This document shows, piece after piece, positions 1-9,296 of a DNA stretch of 40,436 bases (position 1 is the stretch's first letter; every line of letters starts with the position of its first letter). A program made the translations under genes and the position numbers. The DNA is from a virus. Its lineage: Duplodnaviria > Caudoviricetes. The stretch is taken from the IMG/VR virus record IMGVR_UViG_3300020216_000031, positions 1 through 40,436 of that record. One strand, 5' to 3'. Below the pieces are notes generated by a model, which saw nothing but the letters and a program-made list of their open reading frames with translations, made no database searches and was not told the origin of the DNA.

Positions 1-1401
1 CTAAAGTTTATAGTCTATGTGCGTGACGTTTATTGAGTTAGGGGTGCGATTTTTACCGTAGCCGTGACCTCGATAGAAGTTGTATTGAATATTAGATATT
101 GAGGCGTTTATTAAATCCTCTTTATCTTTGCTGGTCATCTTATCCCACACATTGAGTATGAGGTCGTGAGTAGCCTCTATTTGCTCGTGATTGTTTTTAT
201 TTTCTTTTTTCCTTAGTTGCTGTCGGTTGTGCTGGTCGAGCAGGTCGTCAGTTTCTTTGATTAGAGCCTGAAATTCATCATCACTCATTAAGTCCATAGC
301 CCATGCTTGCTGATACTTCTTACGTTGTCTCTTAATCTTGTCTACATCAATGACGCTTTGCTCTTCCTGCTCCTCTGTGTCCTCGACATCGACCTCTATT
401 TCGCCGTGCTGGATAAAATCAATAAAAGCTCTCTCTACTTCTTTTGATTGTATCGTGATATTCTCGGCTGACTTATCGCTCCGACATCGGTCACATACAT
501 AGCGCTCGTCATAATCTACTGAGCCATTCTTATTTGTCCGTTTGCTGGTGTTGAGTGTGAGCGAGTGCCCACAATTAGGACAGGTCAGCTTGCCTCTGAA
601 AATAGCTGTGTGCTTAATACCTCGTGAGTGCGTGCGCTGTGAAATGCTTTGCATAAAGATATTATAGTCATCTTCACTGATAACAGGCTCGTGCGTATTC
701 TCGACGAACACATCGCCTATATGCGTATGACCACGAGACACAGGCGACGTCAGGACGTAACTAACCAGAGACTTATCCCAACGCTTGCCTTTAGGTGGGT
801 TGTATATCGAATTGTTAAGCTCCTCAGTAATGCCTCTTATACTGACGCCAGCTTTTGCCCTGCTGACGATATAGTCCACGATTTCTTTTTTGTCATTAGG
901 GTAGAGTTTACCCTCAATCTTGTCATAGAAGAACGGTGGCACAGTTGTGTAAATGCCTTTTTCGGTGGCGACCCTGCGCCCCTGTGTTGTTCTCTCTGTG
1001 ATTGTCGAACGTTCCCACTCAGCCATAGCACCTACCAGCGTTATGAACAACTTGCCTATTGCGCTTGTAGTGTCAAATACCTCTGTTGCTGAACGGAATT
1101 TGACGTCTTTCTCTTCAAATATATCTAATAGGCTCATAAGATCACGCACAGAGCGTGTAAGCCTATCTAGTTTGTAGACCAGCACGAGGTCGAACTCGTC
1201 TAGTCTGTTGAGTAAATTTTGCAGACCTGCTCTGTCAGTATTGCTGGCAGATTGCCCAGCGTCCACAAAGAACTCGAAATTGTCCCAATCATGAACTTTA
1301 CAATATGCTTTTAAGCGTTGCTCTTGTCCCTCTATAGAGTAGCCCTCATTGGCTTGCTCTAAGGTCGAGACTCTTGTGTAAATCGCAACTTTTTTTATCA
1401 T
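1..1401 (-). CDS. int: Large serine recombinase (phage integrase)
   Basis: Catalytic YTRVST, LVYKLDRLTRS, recombinase domain, zinc ribbon CPNCG...CDRC, coiled coil; AAGGAGG RBS upstream. Confidence 0.95.
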   Translation of the reverse strand: MIKKVAIYTRVSTLEQANEGYSIEGQEQRLKAYCKVHDWDNFEFFVDAGQSASNTDRAGLQNLLNRLDEFDLVLVYKLDRLTRSVRDLMSLLDIFEEKDVKFRSATEVFDTTSAIGKLFITLVGAMAEWERSTITERTTQGRRVATEKGIYTTVPPFFYDKIEGKLYPNDKKEIVDYIVSRAKAGVSIRGITEELNNSIYNPPKGKRWDKSLVSYVLTSPVSRGHTHIGDVFVENTHEPVISEDDYNIFMQSISQRTHSRGIKHTAIFRGKLTCPNCGHSLTLNTSKRTNKNGSVDYDERYVCDRCRSDKSAENITIQSKEVERAFIDFIQHGEIEVDVEDTEEQEEQSVIDVDKIKRQRKKYQQAWAMDLMSDDEFQALIKETDDLLDQHNRQQLRKKENKNNHEQIEATHDLILNVWDKMTSKDKEDLINASISNIQYNFYRGHGYGKNRTPNSINVTHIDYKL

Positions 1402-1534
1402 TTCTTATCCTCCTTAAATGCAACTTAATTTAATTATCACAGAACACTATTGAAATCAACCCTTTAAATCTGAAATAGTATTTGCTAAAGTGTTACCTGC
1501 TTGACTAAAAATTCTGAAAAGAGGTGCTGAAATT

Positions 1535-2083
1535 ATGAAAAAAGGATTATTTGGGTGTTTAGGCTGTCTCGGTGTTGTGGTTATAATTGTTATCATAATT
1601 GCTGTGATTGCAGCCGTTTTTGGTGGTGGCGATAGCTCCAGCTCTAACAAAGATGAAACGAAAGACGCCAAAATAGGCGAAAAGGTAAAAGTTGATGACC
1701 TTGAGTACACAATTAACAGTTTTGAAACGGCAGACTCAGTAGGTAATCAATACGTTTCAAGTAATGCTGATGGCAAATACATAGTTGCAGACGTTACAGT
1801 TAAAAATAATGGTGATAAAGCTATTACAGTAGACAGTGAGCTGTTCAAATTGCTGAACGGCAAGAAAACAGCTACAGCAGACAGTTCAGCCTCTACTAAC
1901 GCAAATGCTACTGACGACCCTAGTGACTTAGGTTTCTTCTTAGAACAACTTAACCCTGACAATGAAAAAACAGGGAAAATTGTCTTTGACGTATCTGAAA
2001 AAACAGCTCAATCAGACAAATTAAAATTACAAGTGAAATCAGGTTTCTTCGGTAATGAGAAAGCTAACATAAAACTAAAATAG
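1535..2083 (+). CDS. DUF4352-like membrane-anchored surface protein (possible superinfection exclusion)
   Basis: N-terminal TM helix after GCLGCLG; Ig-like motifs VTVKNNGDKAITVDSELFKL and LNPDNEKTGKIVFDV. Confidence 0.75.
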   Translation: MKKGLFGCLGCLGVVVIIVIIIAVIAAVFGGGDSSSSNKDETKDAKIGEKVKVDDLEYTINSFETADSVGNQYVSSNADGKYIVADVTVKNNGDKAITVDSELFKLLNGKKTATADSSASTNANATDDPSDLGFFLEQLNPDNEKTGKIVFDVSEKTAQSDKLKLQVKSGFFGNEKANIKLK

Positions 2084-2091
2084 TGCATTTT

Positions 2092-2118
2092 GACCTCACA
2101 GGCCTTGTGGGGTTTTTT
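2092..2118 (+). terminator. Intrinsic terminator between convergent genes
   Basis: ACCTCACA-GGCCT-TGTGGGGT stem followed by a T tract. Confidence 0.7.
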
Positions 2119-2123
2119 GTTAT

Positions 2124-2731
2124 CTACACATTGTTAGCTCTAAAAAAGTTGATGTAGCTGTCAGGCGTTCTCAGTTGTGACTCTGATAGATGCTGCGTGA
2201 TGCCACTGCCCAGGCAATGCTCAAGATGGCACATTGAGACCTTAACAGCTTTAAAACTCATATTGAAAGTGTTAGCTATTTCATATGAGCTTTTCCCCTA
2301 AATTCGTAGCGTTTATGCAATGGAAATAGCAAATTTCCTGCAAACGTATCAGCCTCAAACTCTTCTCTTGTATATTCGATATTAGCGCTGTCTTTGTCAT
2401 ATATAGACTTGCCCATATGATGGAGTTTGATATGGCCATACTCATGTGCGAGTGTAAAACGCACACGTTTAGAGTACCTCAATGCGTTATACACTATGTA
2501 GGACTTTTTCCCTTTTCTAAAGTGGAACGCCTCATATGACTGACCTATGTTAAAAACATCAGACCGACTAACACCTGCAATTTTGGCAAACTCGCCAAAA
2601 GTTAAAAGTACAACGTCGGGGTCATTCATGATGATGTTTTTTATCGGCACAGGGTAATCTGTCTCAAGTTCGAGCACTTGGTTCGCTGCTTCAATCGCAC
2701 TCGTAAACGCCTCAAATTCTTCATAATTCAA
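2124..2731 (-). CDS. immA: ImmA/IrrE-family metallopeptidase (anti-repressor), split by a -1 frame change near 2291-2297
   Basis: RFTLAHEYGH (HExxH) and EFEADTFAGNLL. Frame 0 stops at 2276; the -1 frame continues SSYEIANTFNMSFKAVKVS... to TAG at 2124 (202 aa if joined). Confidence 0.8.
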
Positions 2732-2755
2732 ATATAAAACTCCCTTAATGATTAG

Positions 2756-3094
2756 TTACTTATCATCTTTTGTCATTTCTTCCCAATTTTCAAAGAACGC
2801 CTCAAATACTTTGATAGCTTTTTTCCTATCTTCTTCGCTCATGTTTTGAGCAGCACGTTGCATGATACGAATATCTTGAGACATTTCAATGTCAGATGGT
2901 TCTGTTGTATCATCGGCCAAAAATTCCAAAGAAACATTGAAATAATTCGCCACTTTCTTTAAGTTCTCGACGCTAGGGCTACTTTTAGCCCAACGTTTAA
3001 TTTGCCCATTAGAAATACCTGTTTCACGTTCTAAGTGAGCTATAGAAATTCCCTCATTATCACACATGTTTTTTATTTTCTCATATAAATTCAA
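2756..3094 (-). CDS. cI: ImmR/CI-like XRE repressor
   Basis: HTH SIAHLERETGISNGQIKRW...PSVENLKKVANYFNVSLEFL; next to immA and divergent from cro. Confidence 0.9.
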   Translation of the reverse strand: MNLYEKIKNMCDNEGISIAHLERETGISNGQIKRWAKSSPSVENLKKVANYFNVSLEFLADDTTEPSDIEMSQDIRIMQRAAQNMSEEDRKKAIKVFEAFFENWEEMTKDDK

Positions 3095-3132
3095 AATTTT
3101 TTACTCCCTTTGAAACACTGTCATAACAACGG

Positions 3133-3414
3133 TTAGCTAATTATCTAACTACCTTTTAGCGAAAAAGTTAAATTTTATGGTTGCATTATAGCTAATTCTC
3201 TATTATAGTATGACATGTGCTTTTGATTAGCTTACAAAAACAGCAAATAAATTTTCAGTTCGCCAAAACTTTAAAGGTTAATTATATGACTGTTTATGTA
3301 AGGTTCAAACACGTAGAAACTAAAAGCAATACTCAAAAAATGCAATCCCATTCAACGGGATAAGTATGTCTTATTAGCTAATTATTACATTTTTAATATT
3401 AGCATATTAGCTAA
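3133..3414. promoter_or_regulatory. Genetic-switch operators, consensus WTAG-N8-CTAW
   Basis: TTAGctaattatCTAA 3133-3148, TTAGcgaaaaagTTAA 3156-3171, ATAGctaattctCTAT 3188-3203, TTAGctaattatTACA 3374-3389, TTAGcatattagCTAA 3399-3414. Confidence 0.7.
3181..3209 (+). promoter_or_regulatory. Rightward (lytic) sigmaA promoter
   Basis: TTGCAT-17 bp-TATAGT with an operator in the spacer; an overlapping leftward TATAAT lies at 3190-3185. Confidence 0.65.
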
Positions 3415-3473
3415 TTCTGTGTAAAGGGTTTTCAGAGACATTTTAGAGTATACGCTAAAAAGGAGGTAGAAAA

Positions 3474-3671
3474 ATGAGCAATTTCGGTTCAGATGTATTT
3501 GAAGAGCTTGAACGTAAAGGCATAACTCAAAGACAGTTAGCCCAAGCGTTAGGCATATCTGCGCCATACTTGAATGACATTTTAAATGGTCGTCGAGAGG
3601 CCACATTGCAGAAAGAACGAATTAAAGCGTATCTAAAAGAGAAAGAGGGTGTTAAACATGGCCAACGATAA
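3474..3671 (+). CDS. cro: Cro-like HTH protein
   Basis: ITQRQLAQALGISAPYLNDILNGRR; AGGAGG RBS; first rightward gene. Confidence 0.85.
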   Translation: MSNFGSDVFEELERKGITQRQLAQALGISAPYLNDILNGRREATLQKERIKAYLKEKEGVKHGQR

Positions 3672-3750
3672 GAAAAGCCCTGAAGAGTACATGCCCCAGA
3701 GAGTAGCTCAGTTTTGGTACGAGTTCATGAAAGCGAGGGGTTATGTGTAG
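3658..3750 (+). CDS. 30-aa hypothetical protein MANDKKSPEEYMPQRVAQFWYEFMKARGYV (not in ORF track)
   Basis: GAGGGTG RBS; overlaps the cro end; its TAG overlaps the GTG of the next gene. Confidence 0.6.
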   Translation: MANDKKSPEEYMPQRVAQFWYEFMKARGYV

Positions 3751-3932
3751 TGAAAACCTTAACGACAAGTTTTTATACAGTGACTTTGTCAGTGGCTATC
3801 GGTTTAGCAGTTGCGATGATGTTTGATGTTTATATCGGAACAGTTGTCTCATTTGCAGTCGGTGCTATGACAGAGCTCACATTCTCAGAAATGGAAGAAA
3901 ACAAAAAAGGTCTCACTCGCTCCAACGAGTAA
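3750..3932 (+). CDS. Small two-TM membrane protein (DUF1270-like position and size)
   Basis: GTG start coupled to the upstream stop (TAGTG), GAGGGG RBS; hydrophobic helices. Confidence 0.6.
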   Translation: MKTLTTSFYTVTLSVAIGLAVAMMFDVYIGTVVSFAVGAMTELTFSEMEENKKGLTRSNE

Positions 3933-3936
3933 GACC
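3903..3936 (-). terminator. Leftward (antisense) intrinsic terminator
   Basis: GGTCTcACTCG-ctccaa-CGAGTaAGACC hairpin with an A6 tract on its left (U tract on the minus strand). Confidence 0.6.
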
Positions 3937-3965
3937 GAAGTAATTTGAAATAAAAGTGTATGTAC

Positions 3966-3994
3966 ATTGTAAAACAAAATAGGAGGTAGCGCAA
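3966..3994 (-). promoter_or_regulatory. Leftward sigmaA-like promoter
   Basis: Minus strand TTGCGC (3994-3989), 17 bp, TACAAT (3971-3966). Confidence 0.5.
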
Positions 3995-4359
3995 TGTTAG
4001 AAAAAATTATGGCAGAAATCAGAGACGAGCTTAAACGTTCTAACGATTTGAAATCTAAACAGTTGCAGGACTTCATGAACACAGCAGAGGAGCCAGCAGG
4101 TTGGACTCAGTTGCCAGCAGAGCCTAAGGAAGATGAGGCAGCAGCTAAGGAAGAGCCAAAACAAGAAGAGGAACCAGCAACAACTGAGGCACCTGACGAG
4201 GCTACATTCAAGAAAGCTATTGCTCAAATCATCAAAGGTGGCACATCTGAGCAGAAAAGTGCTGTTAAACAGATGATTAAAGACGCAGGCGCAAGCAAAG
4301 TAAGCGACGTTCAAGCTGACAAGCGTCAAGAAATCATCGATAAAATCGAGGCACTGTAA
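3994..4359 (+). CDS. Hypothetical early protein with acidic linker
   Basis: AGGAGG RBS; TAATG coupling to the next gene. Confidence 0.8.
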   Translation: MLEKIMAEIRDELKRSNDLKSKQLQDFMNTAEEPAGWTQLPAEPKEDEAAAKEEPKQEEEPATTEAPDEATFKKAIAQIIKGGTSEQKSAVKQMIKDAGASKVSDVQADKRQEIIDKIEAL

Positions 4360-5537
4360 TGAGCAGCCTAAACCACTCAAGCAGAAAGCACGCATATTTG
4401 TCAGCGAGTAGTGCCAATCAGTGGTTGAACTGTCCTCCCAGCATTAAAGCAAGTGAGGGCATAGGCGATAAGACGACAACATTTGCAGAAGAGGGGACAT
4501 TCGCTCATGAGCTGTCAGAGTTATATTTCAGCAACTTATATGAGAATTTAAGCGATGCAGATTTTAAAAAGCAGCTAGAACGGTACAAGCAAAACGAATA
4601 TTACTCAGAAGAGTTAAGAGAATACGTTGAGCAGTACGTCGATATTGTCGAGGAAAAAGTCAACGAGGCAAGAGCTCAAGACGAGCCTATCTTGTTTTTT
4701 GAACACAGACTAGACCTCACACGATATGTGCCCGAGTCATTCGGTACAGGCGACGTAATCATCTATTACAACGGCACAGTTGAGATTGTAGACCTCAAAT
4801 TCGGCAAAGGCGTCGAGGTGTCAGCCCTTAACAATCCTCAGTTAAGGCTGTACGGGCTAGGTGCCTATGAGCTACTCAAAGACTTTGAGGACATTCACAC
4901 AATCAAGACAACAATTATACAGCCGAGATTGCATAACGTATCATCTGAAAGCATGACAGCTGACGACTTAGTCAGTTGGGGGCTTAACGTAGTTAGGCCT
5001 CAAGCCTTGAAAGCCATTGAGGGTAAAGGCGAGTTCAAACCAGGCAACCATTGCCGATTTTGCAAGATACGCCACTCATGCAGAGCTAGAGCAGAGGCAA
5101 ACTTGAACGCCAGCAAAGAGCTGACGACCCCAACGACGCTCACTGACGACGAGCTTGCTGAGCTACTTCACAAACTACCTGATATTAAACGCTGGGCTAG
5201 TGATGTTGAAGAGTATTGCAGAGAGCAGGCGCTTGAAAACAATCGAAATTTTGACGGCTGGAAAGTGGTCGAGGGCAGAGCAAGCAGAAAATATGTTGAT
5301 AACGAACAAGTTTTTGAAAGGCTCAAAGAGCACTACGACCCTAAAGAAATATCAGAAACAAAAGTGTTAAGCATATCTAAACTAGAGAAACAAATCGGTA
5401 AGAAGAAAGTCGCTGAGCTATTAAGCGACCTAGTAGAAAAGCCTCAGGGCAAACCGACGCTAGTGACTGAGGACGACAAACGTCAACCTATCACAGACAG
5501 TGCTGAAAGTGATTTTACTGAGTTTATTAATAAATAA
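4359..5537 (+). CDS. DUF2800 PD-(D/E)XK (Cas4-like) nuclease
   Basis: HAYLSASS...WLNCPPS, FGTGDVII, IVDLKFGKG, NPQLRLYGLG, CRFCK...C. Confidence 0.85.
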   Translation: MSSLNHSSRKHAYLSASSANQWLNCPPSIKASEGIGDKTTTFAEEGTFAHELSELYFSNLYENLSDADFKKQLERYKQNEYYSEELREYVEQYVDIVEEKVNEARAQDEPILFFEHRLDLTRYVPESFGTGDVIIYYNGTVEIVDLKFGKGVEVSALNNPQLRLYGLGAYELLKDFEDIHTIKTTIIQPRLHNVSSESMTADDLVSWGLNVVRPQALKAIEGKGEFKPGNHCRFCKIRHSCRARAEANLNASKELTTPTTLTDDELAELLHKLPDIKRWASDVEEYCREQALENNRNFDGWKVVEGRASRKYVDNEQVFERLKEHYDPKEISETKVLSISKLEKQIGKKKVAELLSDLVEKPQGKPTLVTEDDKRQPITDSAESDFTEFINK

Positions 5538-5614
5538 AAGGCTACGGCCATTAATACTATATTATGCAACAAATCAGACTATATTATAAATCAAATTTAA
5601 AGGAGTTTTTCACA

Positions 5615-6178
5615 ATGGCAGAACAATTAAAAACAAGAGTAATGATATACGCAAGAGCGAGCTACGCACACATTTTTGAGCCTCAAGCAATCAATGAGGG
5701 CGACGAACCTAAGTACAACGTGAGCTTAATTATCGACAAAAATGACGAGAAGTCAATCAACAATATCAAAAAAGCAATTGAGAACGCTAAGCAAAACGGT
5801 AAGGAAAAATTCGGTGGTAAGATACCAGCTAACCTTTCAACGCCTTTACGTGATGGCGACACAGACAGAGAGGACGACGAGGCTTATCAAAACGCTTATT
5901 TCTTAAATGCTAAGACGAAACGCAAGCCTCAAGTATTAGACATGGACGGTCAACGTACTGACGACCCTGACGAGGTTTACAGTGGTTGCTATATCCGAGT
6001 AACAGTCAATTTCTACCCTTATTCTGTATCAGGAAGTAAAGGCATTGCGTGTGGATTAGGCAATATCATGAAAGCTAAAGACGGCGAGCCGTTAGCTGGT
6101 GGAGGCGCTAAAGCTGAGGACGAGTTCGCAGAGTTTATCGACTTCGACGCTGACTTTGATGAGCTCCTTGAAGATTAA
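5615..6178 (+). CDS. DUF2815 single-stranded DNA-binding protein
   Basis: RASYAHIFEP, PLRDGD, EVYSGCY, GIACGLGN, acidic C-tail; start moved to ATG 5615 (AAGGAG RBS). Confidence 0.85.
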   Translation: MAEQLKTRVMIYARASYAHIFEPQAINEGDEPKYNVSLIIDKNDEKSINNIKKAIENAKQNGKEKFGGKIPANLSTPLRDGDTDREDDEAYQNAYFLNAKTKRKPQVLDMDGQRTDDPDEVYSGCYIRVTVNFYPYSVSGSKGIACGLGNIMKAKDGEPLAGGGAKAEDEFAEFIDFDADFDELLED

Positions 6179-6232
6179 TAAACAGTGGAGGCCTTGAGCC
6201 TCCTATACATATTAAAGGAGGGATAAAGCAAA

Positions 6233-6532
6233 ATGTATGCAAAAGAAGTAGGGCAATTCTTAAAAGGTAAAAGAAAAACGCTAGGTATCACAACTAGCGA
6301 GTTAGGTAAACTTACAGATTTGTCTCAGCCTTATATTTCAGGTATTGAGAATGGGAATAAAGGACAAAAAGCCAACGTGTACGCAATTATTAAAATCATA
6401 TTTGGTCTAGCGCCTAATAATCTAACTAGAAACCATTTATTAATGGAATACATGAAAGTTGACAAAGACCTGCAAACCATAGACCTAAAAATACTAAATT
6501 CTTTAATAAGCAGTGAGGTCTATACTGAATGA
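6233..6532 (+). CDS. XRE-family HTH protein
   Basis: RKTLGITTSELGKLTDLSQPYISGIENG. Confidence 0.75.
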   Translation: MYAKEVGQFLKGKRKTLGITTSELGKLTDLSQPYISGIENGNKGQKANVYAIIKIIFGLAPNNLTRNHLLMEYMKVDKDLQTIDLKILNSLISSEVYTE

Positions 6533-8478
6533 CAACACTAAGCATAGACGTAGAAACTTACAGCAGTTTTGATTTAAGGAAAACAGGCGCGCACAGATAT
6601 GTAGAGGCACCTGACTTTGAAATATTAATTATCGCATATGCAATCGACGGCCAACCTGTTAAATCTATAGACATGTACGACATAGATGAACAGCTATACA
6701 AAGAGTTTAGGGGCTTACTGTTCGACCCGCAAGTTACAAAATACGCGTTCAACGCCGCCTTTGAACGAACGGCCTTATCAAAACATTTTAAGGCTACAAT
6801 GCCACCTGATGAATGGGTGTGCAGCATGGTCAACGCGACAAGAGTCGGGTTGCCTGCATCACTTGAAATGTGCGCCGAAGTATTAGGCATAGACATGCAA
6901 AAGGACGCTAAGGGTAAGAACTTGATTAAGTATTTCTCAATGCCCTGCAAACCTACAAAGGTAAACGGCGGGCGCACTCGAAACTATCCTGAGCATGACT
7001 CTGAAAAGTGGCAGCAGTTCATTGACTATTGTGAGCAAGACGTAAGAGTCGAAATGGCCATAGCAAATGAAATCAGCAGCATTGACTATCCTGACTCAGA
7101 GCAGCATTTATGGACGATTGACCAACATATCAATGACAGAGGCGTACACATAGACGAGCCACTCATGCTAGGGGCTTACAAACTAGATGAGATAAGCAAA
7201 TCAGACCTTATGAGGCAAGCCAAGCAACTAACAGGCCTAGACAATCCGAACAGTACGCAGCAACTTTTAGAATGGTTTGAGGAGCAAGGGCTTGAGATTG
7301 ATAATTTACGAAAAGCCACAGTGGACGAGTACCTGCAGAAAGCCACAGGCAGAGCTCACAAGATGTTAGAGCTGCGACAACAGATGAGCAAGACCAGCGT
7401 TAAGAAATATAACAAAATGTATGACATGGCTTGCGAAGATAATCGGATAAGAGGCATGTTCCAATTTTACGGTGCAGGCACAGGACGATGGTCAGGACGC
7501 GGCGTACAAATGCAGAACCTCACTAAACACAAAATGACTGATGAAGAGCTAGACATAGCAAGAGAGTCAATCAAACAGCAGGACTTTGATTGGTTAGACC
7601 TAGCACTCGATTACAACTATCAGGATATACTCAGCCAGCTTGTCAGAACGACATTCACAGCAGAGCAAGGCTATCAGCTAGCTGTCAGTGACTTCTCAGC
7701 CATTGAGGCAAGAGTCATTGCATGGTATGCAGGCGAGCAGTGGCGCTTAGATGTGTTCGATACTCACGGCAAGATATACGAGGCGTCAGCGTCTCAGATG
7801 TTTGATGTTCCTGTAGAGAGTATCGGCAAAGACAGCCCATTAAGGCAAAAAGGTAAAGTGGCCGAACTTGCACTCGGTTATCAAGGAGGTGCAGGCGCAC
7901 TCAAGTCAATGGGAGCCCTAGACATGGGCATTGCTGAGGACGAGCTCAAGCCCCTAGTTGATAGTTGGCGAGAGGCAAACCCAAATATCAAGTCATTTTG
8001 GTATAACTGTCAGAACGCAGCAATCAGAGCTATTCGCAGTGGTAAGCCACAAGTGGCAAACGGGGTTAAATTCTACAAATACCGTGACCACTTAATACTA
8101 GAGTTGCCAAACGGCAGAAATATCGTATATAGAGACGCAAAGACAGCACAGAACAGCTGGGGCTCAACAGTCGTTGAGTTTCAAGGCTTAGATATAAATC
8201 GTAAATGGACGACAGTCAAAACATACGGAGGCAAGCTGGTCGAGAACATTGTACAAGCTACAGCAAGAGATCTGTTGGGCGTATCAATGGCAAGGCTCGA
8301 GAAACAAGGTTACAAGATAGTGGCTCATGTGCACGATGAACTTATTCTCGAAGTACCTGACGACGGGCACGACCATTTGAAAGATATAGAGGATATTATG
8401 AGCCTGCCTGTTGATTGGGCTGAGGGCTTGAACCTAAACAGCGACGGCTTTGTGAGTCCGTTCTATATGAAAGACTAA
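6529..8478 (+). CDS. polA: Family A DNA polymerase with 3'-5' exonuclease
   Basis: IDVETYS (ExoI), TGRWSG, DFSAIEARV (motif A), RQKGKVAELALGY (motif B; Leu at the E. coli 762 equivalent), HVHDE (motif C). Confidence 0.95.
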   Translation: MTTLSIDVETYSSFDLRKTGAHRYVEAPDFEILIIAYAIDGQPVKSIDMYDIDEQLYKEFRGLLFDPQVTKYAFNAAFERTALSKHFKATMPPDEWVCSMVNATRVGLPASLEMCAEVLGIDMQKDAKGKNLIKYFSMPCKPTKVNGGRTRNYPEHDSEKWQQFIDYCEQDVRVEMAIANEISSIDYPDSEQHLWTIDQHINDRGVHIDEPLMLGAYKLDEISKSDLMRQAKQLTGLDNPNSTQQLLEWFEEQGLEIDNLRKATVDEYLQKATGRAHKMLELRQQMSKTSVKKYNKMYDMACEDNRIRGMFQFYGAGTGRWSGRGVQMQNLTKHKMTDEELDIARESIKQQDFDWLDLALDYNYQDILSQLVRTTFTAEQGYQLAVSDFSAIEARVIAWYAGEQWRLDVFDTHGKIYEASASQMFDVPVESIGKDSPLRQKGKVAELALGYQGGAGALKSMGALDMGIAEDELKPLVDSWREANPNIKSFWYNCQNAAIRAIRSGKPQVANGVKFYKYRDHLILELPNGRNIVYRDAKTAQNSWGSTVVEFQGLDINRKWTTVKTYGGKLVENIVQATARDLLGVSMARLEKQGYKIVAHVHDELILEVPDDGHDHLKDIEDIMSLPVDWAEGLNLNSDGFVSPFYMKD

Positions 8479-8490
8479 AGGAGGTAAAAC

Positions 8491-8709
8491 ATGGGCGCAC
8501 TAGATGGCGTGAGCGAGTGGGGCACTTACAAGGTGCCTGTCAAGCTCACTGTTGAATATGACGCAGAGGTTACAGTCACAGCGAACAATTATGACGATGT
8601 ATTAGAAAAAGTAGACGAATATATAAGCGAATATTATGACGACATGGCAAGCGACGTTATGGCCATGACAGGAAAATCAGAGTTAAGGAATTGGGAGGAG
8701 CGATTTTAA
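8491..8709 (+). CDS. Hypothetical protein
   Basis: AGGAGG RBS; coupled to the next gene. Confidence 0.7.
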   Translation: MGALDGVSEWGTYKVPVKLTVEYDAEVTVTANNYDDVLEKVDEYISEYYDDMASDVMAMTGKSELRNWEERF

Positions 8710-9296
8710 TGGCAATCAAAACAATATACACGCCTGAGGGCGAATATGAGCTCACAAGAGAACAAGCTACGGCATTATGGAATAGAGGAATTACTTTTGC
8801 ACAGGTACAGCAGCGTGTTGATGAGGGTTGGGACTTTATGGACGCTATCCTGTTAAGCAAAAATTACTACATGTATGAGGGCGACATTTGCCTCAGATAT
8901 TCAGATAACATTAGAGTGCTCTACATTCCGTTATATGTGATTGACCGTATCGGAATAGATTACAACGATACAGGCCGACTATTCTATAACTTGAGCATGG
9001 GCAAGAGCCTAAGAAACGCAGTATCTAACATGAACAACGGTTTGCTTGATAGAAAACTATCACAAGAGCTTGAGGCTGTTGACGACACAGAGCTAGTGAA
9101 AGACAGACAAGTCGCACGTATGCGCAGCAAGGCAAGAGCCAATGAGAGCAAACGTCTAGCAAGAGCTGAGAGAGCTAAGCAGCGTGATATGGAGCGCAGA
9201 CCTCACATGTACGACGGTACACCTCAGCAGCACACAAGAGACGCATATACAGAGTATCTAATGCAAAATGATATATTCCCTAAGGTGGTTAAATAG
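8709..9296 (+). CDS. PVL ORF50-like (SA1788-family) phage protein
   Basis: N-terminal NRGIT...QRVDEGWD; C-terminal TPQQHTRDAYTEYLMQNDIFPK; start ATG 8709 (TAATG). Confidence 0.65.
   Translation: MAIKTIYTPEGEYELTREQATALWNRGITFAQVQQRVDEGWDFMDAILLSKNYYMYEGDICLRYSDNIRVLYIPLYVIDRIGIDYNDTGRLFYNLSMGKSLRNAVSNMNNGLLDRKLSQELEAVDDTELVKDRQVARMRSKARANESKRLARAERAKQRDMERRPHMYDGTPQQHTRDAYTEYLMQNDIFPKVVK

Noticed and set aside
649-1177. Plus-strand ORFs inside the integrase, and similar nested ORFs elsewhere
   Set aside because: Shadows of well-supported genes
5540-5590. ACTATATTAT direct repeat and a leftward TATAAT before ssb
   Set aside because: No properly spaced -35 and no convincing terminator
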